A stretch of DNA of 64,000 bases from an uncultured virus (IMG/VR IMGVR_UViG_3300035704_000005) (taxonomy: Duplodnaviria > Heunggongvirae > Uroviricota > Caudoviricetes), in the IMG/VR virus record IMGVR_UViG_3300035704_000005; one strand, 5' to 3'. Numbering within the stretch: position 1 is the first letter of the stretch; each line of letters opens with the position of its first letter. Made by a program: the position numbers and the translations under genes. This document shows positions 9,065 through 16,983 of this stretch, piece after piece. The notes under the pieces were generated by a model, which was not told the origin of the DNA, did not search any database, and was given only the letters and a program-made list of their open reading frames with translations.

Positions 9065-9483
9065 CAGGCCACCTCCGCAGGAACTGAACACCGCGGATAC
9101 AGGCAGCCCTCAAAATGAGTGTCTCCGCACTCGTCAGAGAGCGTGCACAGCAACAGTGGCATACCATCCGGAGACGGCAACTCGATATGTTCGCTAGTCG
9201 GGTGCCCGCAAGCGCAGAGGCGAAGCAGCCTGGCCCGCTCCTTCTCGATCCGAGCCATATAGATCTCAAACTCGGCAGCACTCTGCTCCTGCAATCCCAC
9301 AAACTCCTCGCCATAGAGCATGCAGAGCACCTCGCGAGCTACCGCAATCATCAAATTCTTATTTTGCTCAGGTACCTCAGCCCAAGGCTTCGTCAATTCC
9401 TTACGAGTCTCGTATCCGTGACTTGGGGCAAGGCGCTCGTAGGTGTTATGAAAGAACTGGGCCAGTCCTTCAGCTGTCATCAT
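9064..9483 (-). CDS. hypothetical protein
   Basis: FHNTYERLAP..GYETR..KPW pattern, Cys-rich C-terminus. Confidence 0.7.
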   Translation of the reverse strand: MMTAEGLAQFFHNTYERLAPSHGYETRKELTKPWAEVPEQNKNLMIAVAREVLCMLYGEEFVGLQEQSAAEFEIYMARIEKERARLLRLCACGHPTSEHIELPSPDGMPLLLCTLSDECGDTHFEGCLYPRCSVPAEVA

Positions 9484-10024
9484 CGGAGCCCCCGAACCGA
9501 GCTTCGACCTCGGCCAGCGCGGTGCTGGGCATGAGAGCTTCTACGGTAGGGATATCCTCAGCGAAGGCCTGGGCCGCCTCGGTGTGCAGCGCACCTACCG
9601 CAAGCTTCGTCAGAAGCTCTACCTCAAGCTTGGTGGCCCGAAGCCTGGCAGCTTGGGTCTGAGCGTTCACAGCGGCAACGAGAGCCCGGCGCAACCGTGT
9701 CTTGTTGTCCTCTGGCCGGTGAACCCACGGGCGGCTGTAGGGGTTTTGCCGGGCCTCCGCCACGTCGGGATACTTAGCGATGATCTTGTTAAATCGGCGG
9801 TTGGCGCTGGCCGTGAGCCGGTCAAGCTCCTTGCGTAGTTCCTCGGTCCGGGTGTTGTCCTCATGGAACTTTCGAGCTACGCGGCCGTCAATCTCGGCCA
9901 GCTGGGCTGCCTCACGTTCGGTGATCTCCGTGCGCAGCAGCTTGACTTTCATCTTAACGAGCGCACGCAAATGCTGTAGCTCACGGTTCGTGATGGTGTC
10001 TTTTGTTTTCTCCAGTGTCGTCAT
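9470..10024 (-). CDS. coiled-coil hypothetical protein
   Basis: 184 aa helical ORF, GGGAG SD, ATGA overlap. Confidence 0.75.
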   Translation of the reverse strand: MTTLEKTKDTITNRELQHLRALVKMKVKLLRTEITEREAAQLAEIDGRVARKFHEDNTRTEELRKELDRLTASANRRFNKIIAKYPDVAEARQNPYSRPWVHRPEDNKTRLRRALVAAVNAQTQAARLRATKLEVELLTKLAVGALHTEAAQAFAEDIPTVEALMPSTALAEVEARFGGSDDDS

Positions 10025-10203
10025 TTCGCAGTCTCCCAAAGCGAGAAAGGCACTTTATATGGTTGGCCAGCATCGAATTGCTCATTCGCATTTATCACCG
10101 CGGCTGAGATTTCAAAGTACCCGTCATGATCCATACGGACCCCAGGATATGCAATATGAAACGCAGCTAAGGCATCGGCAAGATAGCTTAGTTTTGTGTT
10201 CAT
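10021..10203 (-). CDS. hypothetical protein
   Basis: 60 aa with AGGA SD. Confidence 0.55.
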   Translation of the reverse strand: MNTKLSYLADALAAFHIAYPGVRMDHDGYFEISAAVINANEQFDAGQPYKVPFSLWETAK

Positions 10204-10330
10204 TCCTGCTCACCCCCAGATATATCGATAGAGGTGTAGCACCGACCACACTCGATAGCACTATCATCTATCTCGTTGTGTGGTCCGTCGAACCCACATT
10301 CGGGACATGGGTACTCCTGCAACTCATCCA

Positions 10331-12376
10331 TTAGACTCCTAACAATTCTGTGAGGTCTTCGTCAATTTCCTTTACGATGTCTCTACCGCTGAGTAGGTAG
10401 TCATCCGGGTACTCGGCCCACCGTGTGCTATACGGGGGCTTGTCTACATCACACTCAATCGGAATGCCGTTGTACTCCATCGTCATAGCCCATTTCAGCA
10501 AGCGCGCTGCTTCATCAGCCATGTGCTCAGGCACGCACAGCAGAATCTCATCATGCATCACCCAGTAGAGAGCCCAGGACCAACCGGCATCAATGATGCG
10601 GTGAATCGCAGTAGCGAAGAGATGTCGCTGCGTTCCCTGAGTGTAATAATTGAGCCCAAGTCGGCTGGGCTTAGTGGAGAGATGAATGCCCTTGTCATCA
10701 ACGAAATAGCGATCCCACAACGGTGCGATCCAGCCGGACTCAAGGAAGGCCGCGGGCTGTTGGTTTACTCGGTCCCTGAACCGAATGAGATCAGGGTACC
10801 GGGCTTCCCAGCGCCGGATGGCTGCTTGGGCTTGGGCAACAGAGATGCCCAGCAGGCCCGCCAGCTTCGCAGCACCGCAGGCGTAGCCCCAGGCAAGGAA
10901 GGCGAACTTCGCGGCCTGACGCAGGATGTAGGACTCGGTACCGGCCTTCTTGCCCTCGGCCTCCCGGTACATGTCGCCATAGCTCATGGTGGCAATCGAG
11001 CTGTACAGGTCACCTTCGAGGAGATCTCGCCGCAAATTCATATCACCGGACAATCCCGCCATGACGCGGGGCTCACCCTGCTGAAGATCCGCGGTAACCA
11101 GCACCCAGCCGAGGCGAGAACAGAGAGCGGTGCGGATCTTGAGACGCTTCTCGCGCTTGGGTGGCTGCTGCATCGGAGGGCGCGCGGCCGAGTTGCGGCT
11201 AGAGATCGTGCCGATGGCTCGGAGGTCCGGGTGTACGCAGCCGTCGCGGCCTAGCCCTTCGAGCATCGGCTTGACATAGGAGCTGCGGAATTTGGCGGCC
11301 TTGCGGACCGCTAGAAGAGCCGTGGCCAGCAGACCGGCGTAGCTATCAGGCTCCGCCTCAACGATTTTCTCTAAGACGCTCTTATCCCAGCAGACCCCGC
11401 CGCCTTTCGTCCGCTTGGTGTTCTCGGTCTGCAAGAATCCCTGCTGGGACAGCCAGTCAAACGCACCGCTGATCGAGGCACCCTGGGCTGATGGCGGGAT
11501 GTGATACCAGCCTAAGAGCTTGCGGTTCTCTTCGATGATCTCGGCTAGCCGGGCATCAAGCCATTGGACGTACGGGCCATCTAGCGGCATGCCACGCATG
11601 CACATCAAATCGTAATGCCATTGCAGGCGTAGATCTTTCTGGAACGGCTCCCATTGCCCCTGCTGCCAGATGCGGCCGAGGTACTGGTTAAATGATCGGC
11701 AGGCGACGATGGAGTCAAGGCCAGCATAGGTCAGGTAATCGATATCGGTGTCTTCGATGTGCTCGAAACCGTAGGGCTTCCAGACCTTCTCGGCAGGTGT
11801 GCATTTATTGTCCCGCTTGTAAAGCGCTTTGAACTTCTCATTCATGGTTTGCTCAGCCCGACTGAGATAGTCGAAGCCGAGGTTCAGAGCAGCCGAAAGC
11901 TTGAGGCCTTTAGGCCGAGAAATCCGAGGGTCGATATTATCTTTCTTACTCGCTGTAGTGACGGTGCGAGGATCAGCGTAAGCCAGCGCGACTTGGCCAT
12001 CTGCTACGTGCGGGTGGTATTGGCCTGTCCGGATGGAGCCTGGTACGCCACGCTCCGTAAACATGATGTCGTTGCGGCTGAACCACGCCACCCAGGCATC
12101 GTGCGCGCTCACAACCGACTGGATCACCCGCGGCATGTCCGGCCGCTGGGCCTGAATCACCCATCCGGACGACTCATCGGCCACCTGCACCGTACGCAGC
12201 AGGTATGAGGACGAGAAAGGATCATGAGCGTTGGTTTCCGCGTCTAGACCGAGCCAACTTCCTTGCCGCTCGCGCGTCCAATCCCAGAGGGCCGAAGCAT
12301 CCTCCAGGGTGTTGACTACTCTCAGTAGTCCTAGCTCTGTCTCGATCACCTGCACCGGGGCGACTGTACAGGCCAT
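10331..12376 (-). CDS. polA: DNA polymerase family A (3'-5' exonuclease + polymerase)
   Basis: ExoI LGLDAET, ExoIII YAGLD, motif A ADLQQGEPR, motif B RQAAKFAFLAWGYACG, motif C MHDEIL. Confidence 0.92.
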   Translation of the reverse strand: MACTVAPVQVIETELGLLRVVNTLEDASALWDWTRERQGSWLGLDAETNAHDPFSSSYLLRTVQVADESSGWVIQAQRPDMPRVIQSVVSAHDAWVAWFSRNDIMFTERGVPGSIRTGQYHPHVADGQVALAYADPRTVTTASKKDNIDPRISRPKGLKLSAALNLGFDYLSRAEQTMNEKFKALYKRDNKCTPAEKVWKPYGFEHIEDTDIDYLTYAGLDSIVACRSFNQYLGRIWQQGQWEPFQKDLRLQWHYDLMCMRGMPLDGPYVQWLDARLAEIIEENRKLLGWYHIPPSAQGASISGAFDWLSQQGFLQTENTKRTKGGGVCWDKSVLEKIVEAEPDSYAGLLATALLAVRKAAKFRSSYVKPMLEGLGRDGCVHPDLRAIGTISSRNSAARPPMQQPPKREKRLKIRTALCSRLGWVLVTADLQQGEPRVMAGLSGDMNLRRDLLEGDLYSSIATMSYGDMYREAEGKKAGTESYILRQAAKFAFLAWGYACGAAKLAGLLGISVAQAQAAIRRWEARYPDLIRFRDRVNQQPAAFLESGWIAPLWDRYFVDDKGIHLSTKPSRLGLNYYTQGTQRHLFATAIHRIIDAGWSWALYWVMHDEILLCVPEHMADEAARLLKWAMTMEYNGIPIECDVDKPPYSTRWAEYPDDYLLSGRDIVKEIDEDLTELLGV

Positions 12377-12461
12377 GTCGCTCCGTGTCTACTTGTGACG
12401 ACTTGCGTCTACTCCTCGCAGGGTGTAGCGTCGGCCGCCTTGACATCAAGGAGGTGCGGAG

Positions 12462-12626
12462 ATGGATAAGTTAAAGAACATCAAAGAAGAGTGGACAGCC
12501 GCGGGTGATATCTCAGGCGGAGACGTAAACTGGCTGATTGCTGAGGTTGAGCGACTGCGCGAAACGGTGGCGATTATGTCGGATCCTGAGACAATGAACG
12601 CGATTGTCGAGGGCCAAAATGGCTGA
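12462..12626 (+). CDS. small protein with DVxWLIxEVERL motif (not in ORF track)
   Basis: AAGGAGGT SD; MDKLKNIKEEWTAAGDISGGDVNWLIAEVERLRETVAIMSDPETMNAIVEGQNG. Confidence 0.75.
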   Translation: MDKLKNIKEEWTAAGDISGGDVNWLIAEVERLRETVAIMSDPETMNAIVEGQNG

Positions 12627-13146
12627 TCGACTGGGCGATATCAAAGAAGCCTGCCATGCTCGTGTGTATGGACCGGCAGTGAGCGATGTGTCTTGGTTAA
12701 TCCAAGAGGTGGAGCGGCTGCGTAGTAACTTACCAACTGTGGCCGGTGATCTCGAAGAAATCTTCGAGCGCAGCACTGATCGAGACGCCTCAACGCAACG
12801 AGACATAGATTGGCTCATTGCTCAGGTGGCTATGCTGCGTAAGCAGCTCACATACCATGAAGATCTCAAACGCGCGGCTGATGGAGCAGCCAGCAAAATC
12901 GCTGAGATCAAAGCTGCCAGAATTGCCGACCTCGAAATACTACTAGGCCATGCTCAGCGCAGCATGCAAGCTCTTGGTGGTTTTGACCCCAGCAGCCCAG
13001 CTCACGGCGCACTGCGGTTAATCACCCAGAATATCAAATACAAGCTGACTGCCGCATGCTACGGGGCCGAGGGGGTTGTCGAAGACCGATGCGACCCGAC
13101 GCGCGGATACCACAGCACCCCACACAAAGGATGTATTCTCCGATGA
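12619..13146 (+). CDS. hypothetical protein with two WLI motif copies
   Basis: MADRLGDIKE...DVSWLIQEVERLR...DIDWLIAQVAMLR. Confidence 0.75.
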   Translation: MADRLGDIKEACHARVYGPAVSDVSWLIQEVERLRSNLPTVAGDLEEIFERSTDRDASTQRDIDWLIAQVAMLRKQLTYHEDLKRAADGAASKIAEIKAARIADLEILLGHAQRSMQALGGFDPSSPAHGALRLITQNIKYKLTAACYGAEGVVEDRCDPTRGYHSTPHKGCILR

Positions 13147-13937
13147 ACGACCGACTCACAAACATTAAAGACGGAAGCTTCACCGCAGGTGATGTGTTTT
13201 GGTTAGTTTCTGAGGTTGAGCGGCTGCACACTCAGACCTCGGCCATTCGCTCTCGCTTGGCTAAGGCGATGCCTGGCCAGACGTTCGATGCCGACAGTCT
13301 CTTCGTTTTGTTGGATGCCGTGCTCTACCAGCGTCGCGGAGCGATGATCGAGCTAGGCGAGATTCACGACGTCTTGGCCGAAGCCCTCGGATACACCCAG
13401 GATGCTCCAGACGACGATGCCAGCCCGTGTCCCGGCGCCTGGGTGACTGGTGACCACACAGCTGCGTCGCTGGCGCTGGAAGCAGCTAGGAAGCTCAAGG
13501 GCCAGGAAGCCACCATTCATGCCCTCGGTCGGTCAGTAGATCGGGCGCGCGATTCTAACAACACACTAGAGCTGCGGCTGAGAAGGACACAAGAAAATTA
13601 TCACCAAACCCATACCGCTCTCCGCACAGCAGCTGACCAGATAATTGATTTGCAACGCAAAGTATCCATTGCTGAGAAAACTAATACTAAAAAATATGTC
13701 CGAAAGCTGGAGAGGACAGTTGCTGCAATGCAGCGTGAGCTGGCCGCTCGCAAGCTTCGATGCGGTTGTGTGTTCAGAGAGGATGGGGAAGAAGGAGACC
13801 GGCTTATGCCTCACCCAGAGTGTAGCGAGCATGGAGTTGAGGCAAACGATCGCAGACTTGCTGGCGAGAAAGCCCTCAATACCCTGATGTACGTCCGCAA
13901 GTATTTCATGGGGAGCGAGCATGGTCACGAAGTGTGA
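13143..13937 (+). CDS. coiled-coil protein with N-terminal WLV-EVERL motif
   Basis: MNDRLTNIKD..DVFWLVSEVERL; ATGA overlap. Confidence 0.75.
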   Translation: MNDRLTNIKDGSFTAGDVFWLVSEVERLHTQTSAIRSRLAKAMPGQTFDADSLFVLLDAVLYQRRGAMIELGEIHDVLAEALGYTQDAPDDDASPCPGAWVTGDHTAASLALEAARKLKGQEATIHALGRSVDRARDSNNTLELRLRRTQENYHQTHTALRTAADQIIDLQRKVSIAEKTNTKKYVRKLERTVAAMQRELAARKLRCGCVFREDGEEGDRLMPHPECSEHGVEANDRRLAGEKALNTLMYVRKYFMGSEHGHEV

Positions 13938-14172
13938 GTGCTGTGATTTGCCCGAGTACTCGTGCGGGAAAGCAGCAGCCAAGAGGCAGGAAATAGAGGC
14001 TAAGAAGCGGGCAGCCGAGCTGGTTAGCCACGGATGGTTTCCGGCCAAGTGGCCAGGCGCCTGCCGCGAATGTGGCTCTGAGTTTGACGCGGGCACTCTC
14101 ATCAAAGGAGGGCCTTACGGTTACCGCGGATACCTCGCCGAGTGCTGTAGCAGAGAGGGTGTGTTGTCTTGA
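13921..14172 (+). CDS. Zn-finger hypothetical protein
   Basis: CECCDLP..SC and FPAKWPGACRECG..F..G..I. Confidence 0.7.
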   Translation: MVTKCECCDLPEYSCGKAAAKRQEIEAKKRAAELVSHGWFPAKWPGACRECGSEFDAGTLIKGGPYGYRGYLAECCSREGVLS

Positions 14173-14945
14173 TAAAGGAGGTTTCATTAACTAAAGGGTT
14201 AGTCGCCACAGTAGACGAAGAGGACTGGGACCTAGTAAGTAGTTATTTATGGCGGGCTCACGATGCCCGAACGACCTACTACGCTGTTACATCTGGGGAC
14301 AGTAGCGATTTAGTAAGTATGCATAATATGTTGCTAGGTAACTCTTCTGTCAGTGTAGTAGACCATAAAGATGGAAATGGTTTGAATAACCGCCGAGGTA
14401 ATTTACGTTCGTGTACTCGCAAACAGAATGCAGCTAATCGAAGATTAGCTACCAATAATAAATCGGGCTACAAAGGTGTGCATTGGAGCAAAACTAGGCA
14501 TAAATGGGTGGCACAAATAGGTGTCGATAAAAAATGTATTAATCTAGGGGCATTTATTGATCCATGGGAGGCTGCACAAGCATATAACACTGCCGCGTTA
14601 ATAGAATGGGGCGAATTTGCGCTGCTTAACACACCATCTGGCTTGTCTGCACCAACACCAAAAAGTCACACAATTCAACGACCTTCAACACCAACTATTC
14701 TTGTTGTTGGGTCTGAAGTCACTACAACAGAAATTGCAGCGTATATTGGGGCAAACGGATCTCGCTCAGCCAATGCATGGCTGCGACGACATGGTCTTAT
14801 ATCTGTGGGCAGACAGCCAGGACATAAAGGTGAGAATTTGTATGCCGCAGACGACGTGATTACGGCTAAATCACATATGCCTGGGCAAGGGGTGGGCGGT
14901 GGGTGGGCTAAGCATGCCCGCCGCGATGGAGTAATTAAAAACTAA
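14169..14945 (+). CDS. HNH homing endonuclease with AP2 domain and C-terminal HTH
   Basis: LTKG..A.VDEED, VDHKDGNGLNNRRGNLR, N.SGYKGV...W.AQI...LG.F...EAA.AYN.AA...GEFA.LN; visibly more AT-rich than neighbours. Confidence 0.88.
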   Translation: MIKEVSLTKGLVATVDEEDWDLVSSYLWRAHDARTTYYAVTSGDSSDLVSMHNMLLGNSSVSVVDHKDGNGLNNRRGNLRSCTRKQNAANRRLATNNKSGYKGVHWSKTRHKWVAQIGVDKKCINLGAFIDPWEAAQAYNTAALIEWGEFALLNTPSGLSAPTPKSHTIQRPSTPTILVVGSEVTTTEIAAYIGANGSRSANAWLRRHGLISVGRQPGHKGENLYAADDVITAKSHMPGQGVGGGWAKHARRDGVIKN

Positions 14946-16702
14946 TGATTACTGAACTTCGCGACTACCAAGTCCAAGCTGCGACGGCCTTGCATAATGG
15001 GTACGCCAAGCGGCTGCACCGCCTTGGTATTCAGCTGCCGACCGGATGCGGAAAGACAGTTGTTATGGCCGACATTTCCAGTAAGGTGCTGAGCAGCGCG
15101 CGAACTAGTAGTGTGAACATCTACCTACACCGGGACACCCTGGTTGGTCAGACAATCAAGAAGCTGCTTGAGGCGGGCATTGATCCCGACGATATCGGGG
15201 TAGTCAAAGCTAACCGGAATGAAGTACATAAAAGATGCCGAGTGATCTCAGTTCACTCGCTGCGCAACGTCGAACGGATGAAGCAGCTACCCAAGCCGCA
15301 GCTCAACATCGTGGATGAGGCGCATGTGTCGGTGTCCCCTACCTACCGGCGGCTCTACGAGTACCTCGGAGACTCGGCCTATCTCGCGGGCTTCACAGCT
15401 ACGTGGATGCGCTCAGACCGGCTGGGCCTAGGAGATGTCTGGGAAGAGGTGGTGTTTCGCCGCTCGATCAGCTGGGCCGTAGAGCGGGGCTATCTCGTAC
15501 GGCCCTACCCGCTGCAACTGGGTGGCGACCTCGACATGTCGAAGGTGCGCACCTCGGCCGATGGCGACTACAACGACAACGATCTTGGAGAGGTGGTGAT
15601 GGTCGAGGATCTACTAGAAACTGTGGTACGGGCTTACCATCAGATCACGCCTGGGCTTTCCATGGCGCTATTTGCTCCTACCCAAGCTAGTGCTCGATTC
15701 TTCGCTAATGGTCTTATGAACCCGCCTCCGCACCTTGGCGTGCCTTCGGTGCCCGTTGCCGAGATTTTCGCCAACACCAAGGACCGAGACCGTAAATGGG
15801 CCTTCCATGGTTTCGAGACCGGCGCGATTAAAGTTCTAGTATCCTGCTCGGCGCTGGCTGAAGGCTGGGATTCGCCGAGGTGTGACGGAGTTTTCTCACT
15901 TCGGCGCACGAAATTTGCTGGTCGATTTATCCAAGAAATGGGGCGCGCATTGCGCCCGTGGATTAACGAGAAGACCGGCATTAAAAAAGATCGCGCTTGG
16001 ATTATGGATTTTGTCGGTACGCTGGACGAAAAAGACATGGCGGCCGCGGTTGATCTATCAAAGACACCTGAGAGAGATGATGAAGATATCCCGCTGGATT
16101 TGTTGGAGTGTGACGAGTGCGGAGAATTCCGGGTGCTCCGCTACGTCAAGCGGGTAGACCAGAGTCTGTGCACCGACTGCTTCAACAAGCTGGATCTCGA
16201 TCCGGAAGGCCGAGAGTATACAGGTAAGCGGATTGACGGCATTATTCAGGTCGATTTATTCGAGCGCACCTCGGCACGCTGGCTGAAAACCGATTTCGGT
16301 ATGCCTTTCATCGCCACCAGCGATAAAAGCAAAAGTGGCAAAGCACGCGTCTATTTTATTGCTCTTATCAATGGCCGGTACAACGTAGGGGTTACTGGAT
16401 CAGTAAAAAATTTTACAGGAGGTTATTGGATTTCCGAAGGTATCTCTTTGGCAGAGGCCCTGACAGTAGGCAGTGATGCAGCTCTAGAGGATGACCCCAC
16501 AATTACTCACAAGAAAGCAGCATGGCGTCAAAATAACCGATTCGCAACAGCTACCCAAGAACGGTTTGCACAAAATCTAGGGCTGGATGTAACGGGTATG
16601 ACCATGGCCGATGCCTCGGATGCCATCACAATCAAACTTGCCAGCCGAACCCTCGGCACGGTGTATCGAGGTCTCTACCAGAGTGTAGAGGTATCAGTAT
16701 GA
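14945..16702 (+). CDS. superfamily II DEAD/DEAH helicase
   Basis: LRDYQ, PTGCGKT, DEAH, GFTAT, EGWDSP, QEMGRALR. Confidence 0.92.
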   Translation: MITELRDYQVQAATALHNGYAKRLHRLGIQLPTGCGKTVVMADISSKVLSSARTSSVNIYLHRDTLVGQTIKKLLEAGIDPDDIGVVKANRNEVHKRCRVISVHSLRNVERMKQLPKPQLNIVDEAHVSVSPTYRRLYEYLGDSAYLAGFTATWMRSDRLGLGDVWEEVVFRRSISWAVERGYLVRPYPLQLGGDLDMSKVRTSADGDYNDNDLGEVVMVEDLLETVVRAYHQITPGLSMALFAPTQASARFFANGLMNPPPHLGVPSVPVAEIFANTKDRDRKWAFHGFETGAIKVLVSCSALAEGWDSPRCDGVFSLRRTKFAGRFIQEMGRALRPWINEKTGIKKDRAWIMDFVGTLDEKDMAAAVDLSKTPERDDEDIPLDLLECDECGEFRVLRYVKRVDQSLCTDCFNKLDLDPEGREYTGKRIDGIIQVDLFERTSARWLKTDFGMPFIATSDKSKSGKARVYFIALINGRYNVGVTGSVKNFTGGYWISEGISLAEALTVGSDAALEDDPTITHKKAAWRQNNRFATATQERFAQNLGLDVTGMTMADASDAITIKLASRTLGTVYRGLYQSVEVSV

Positions 16703-16983
16703 AAACCGAAGAGGAGAAAGAAATGCCTGACGAGATTGTAGCCGACGAAATCGACAAGGCTGAGGCTTTGCTTGCCGAGGCCGACAGCCCGACGCACGAT
16801 GATGCAGGGAGTCTTAGTCTCTCTGCTCAGGCCATCGGTCTGCTACTGCTGTACTTCGCGAAAGATCACCGCGACGCCGCTAAGAAAATCGAGGAGATGA
16901 TTGTTCAGAAGACTGAAAGGCGACTAGCTGAATTGGACGAATGGCTCAGAGTGGTTATGAACGCAATGCCGGGAGGCAAGTGA
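16699..16983 (+). CDS. hypothetical protein
   Basis: Coupled between helicase and exonuclease. Confidence 0.7.
   Translation: MKTEEEKEMPDEIVADEIDKAEALLAEADSPTHDDAGSLSLSAQAIGLLLLYFAKDHRDAAKKIEEMIVQKTERRLAELDEWLRVVMNAMPGGK

Noticed and set aside
10244..10284. GACCACAC/GTGTGGTC hairpin after polA, and an irregular hairpin at 33207-33270
   Set aside because: Single imperfect stems without U-tracts; too weak to call as terminators or ncRNAs.
10331..12376. Z-genome (DpoZ/PurZ) system
   Set aside because: No PurZ-like or DatZ-like gene recognisable in the window; polymerase divergence alone is insufficient.
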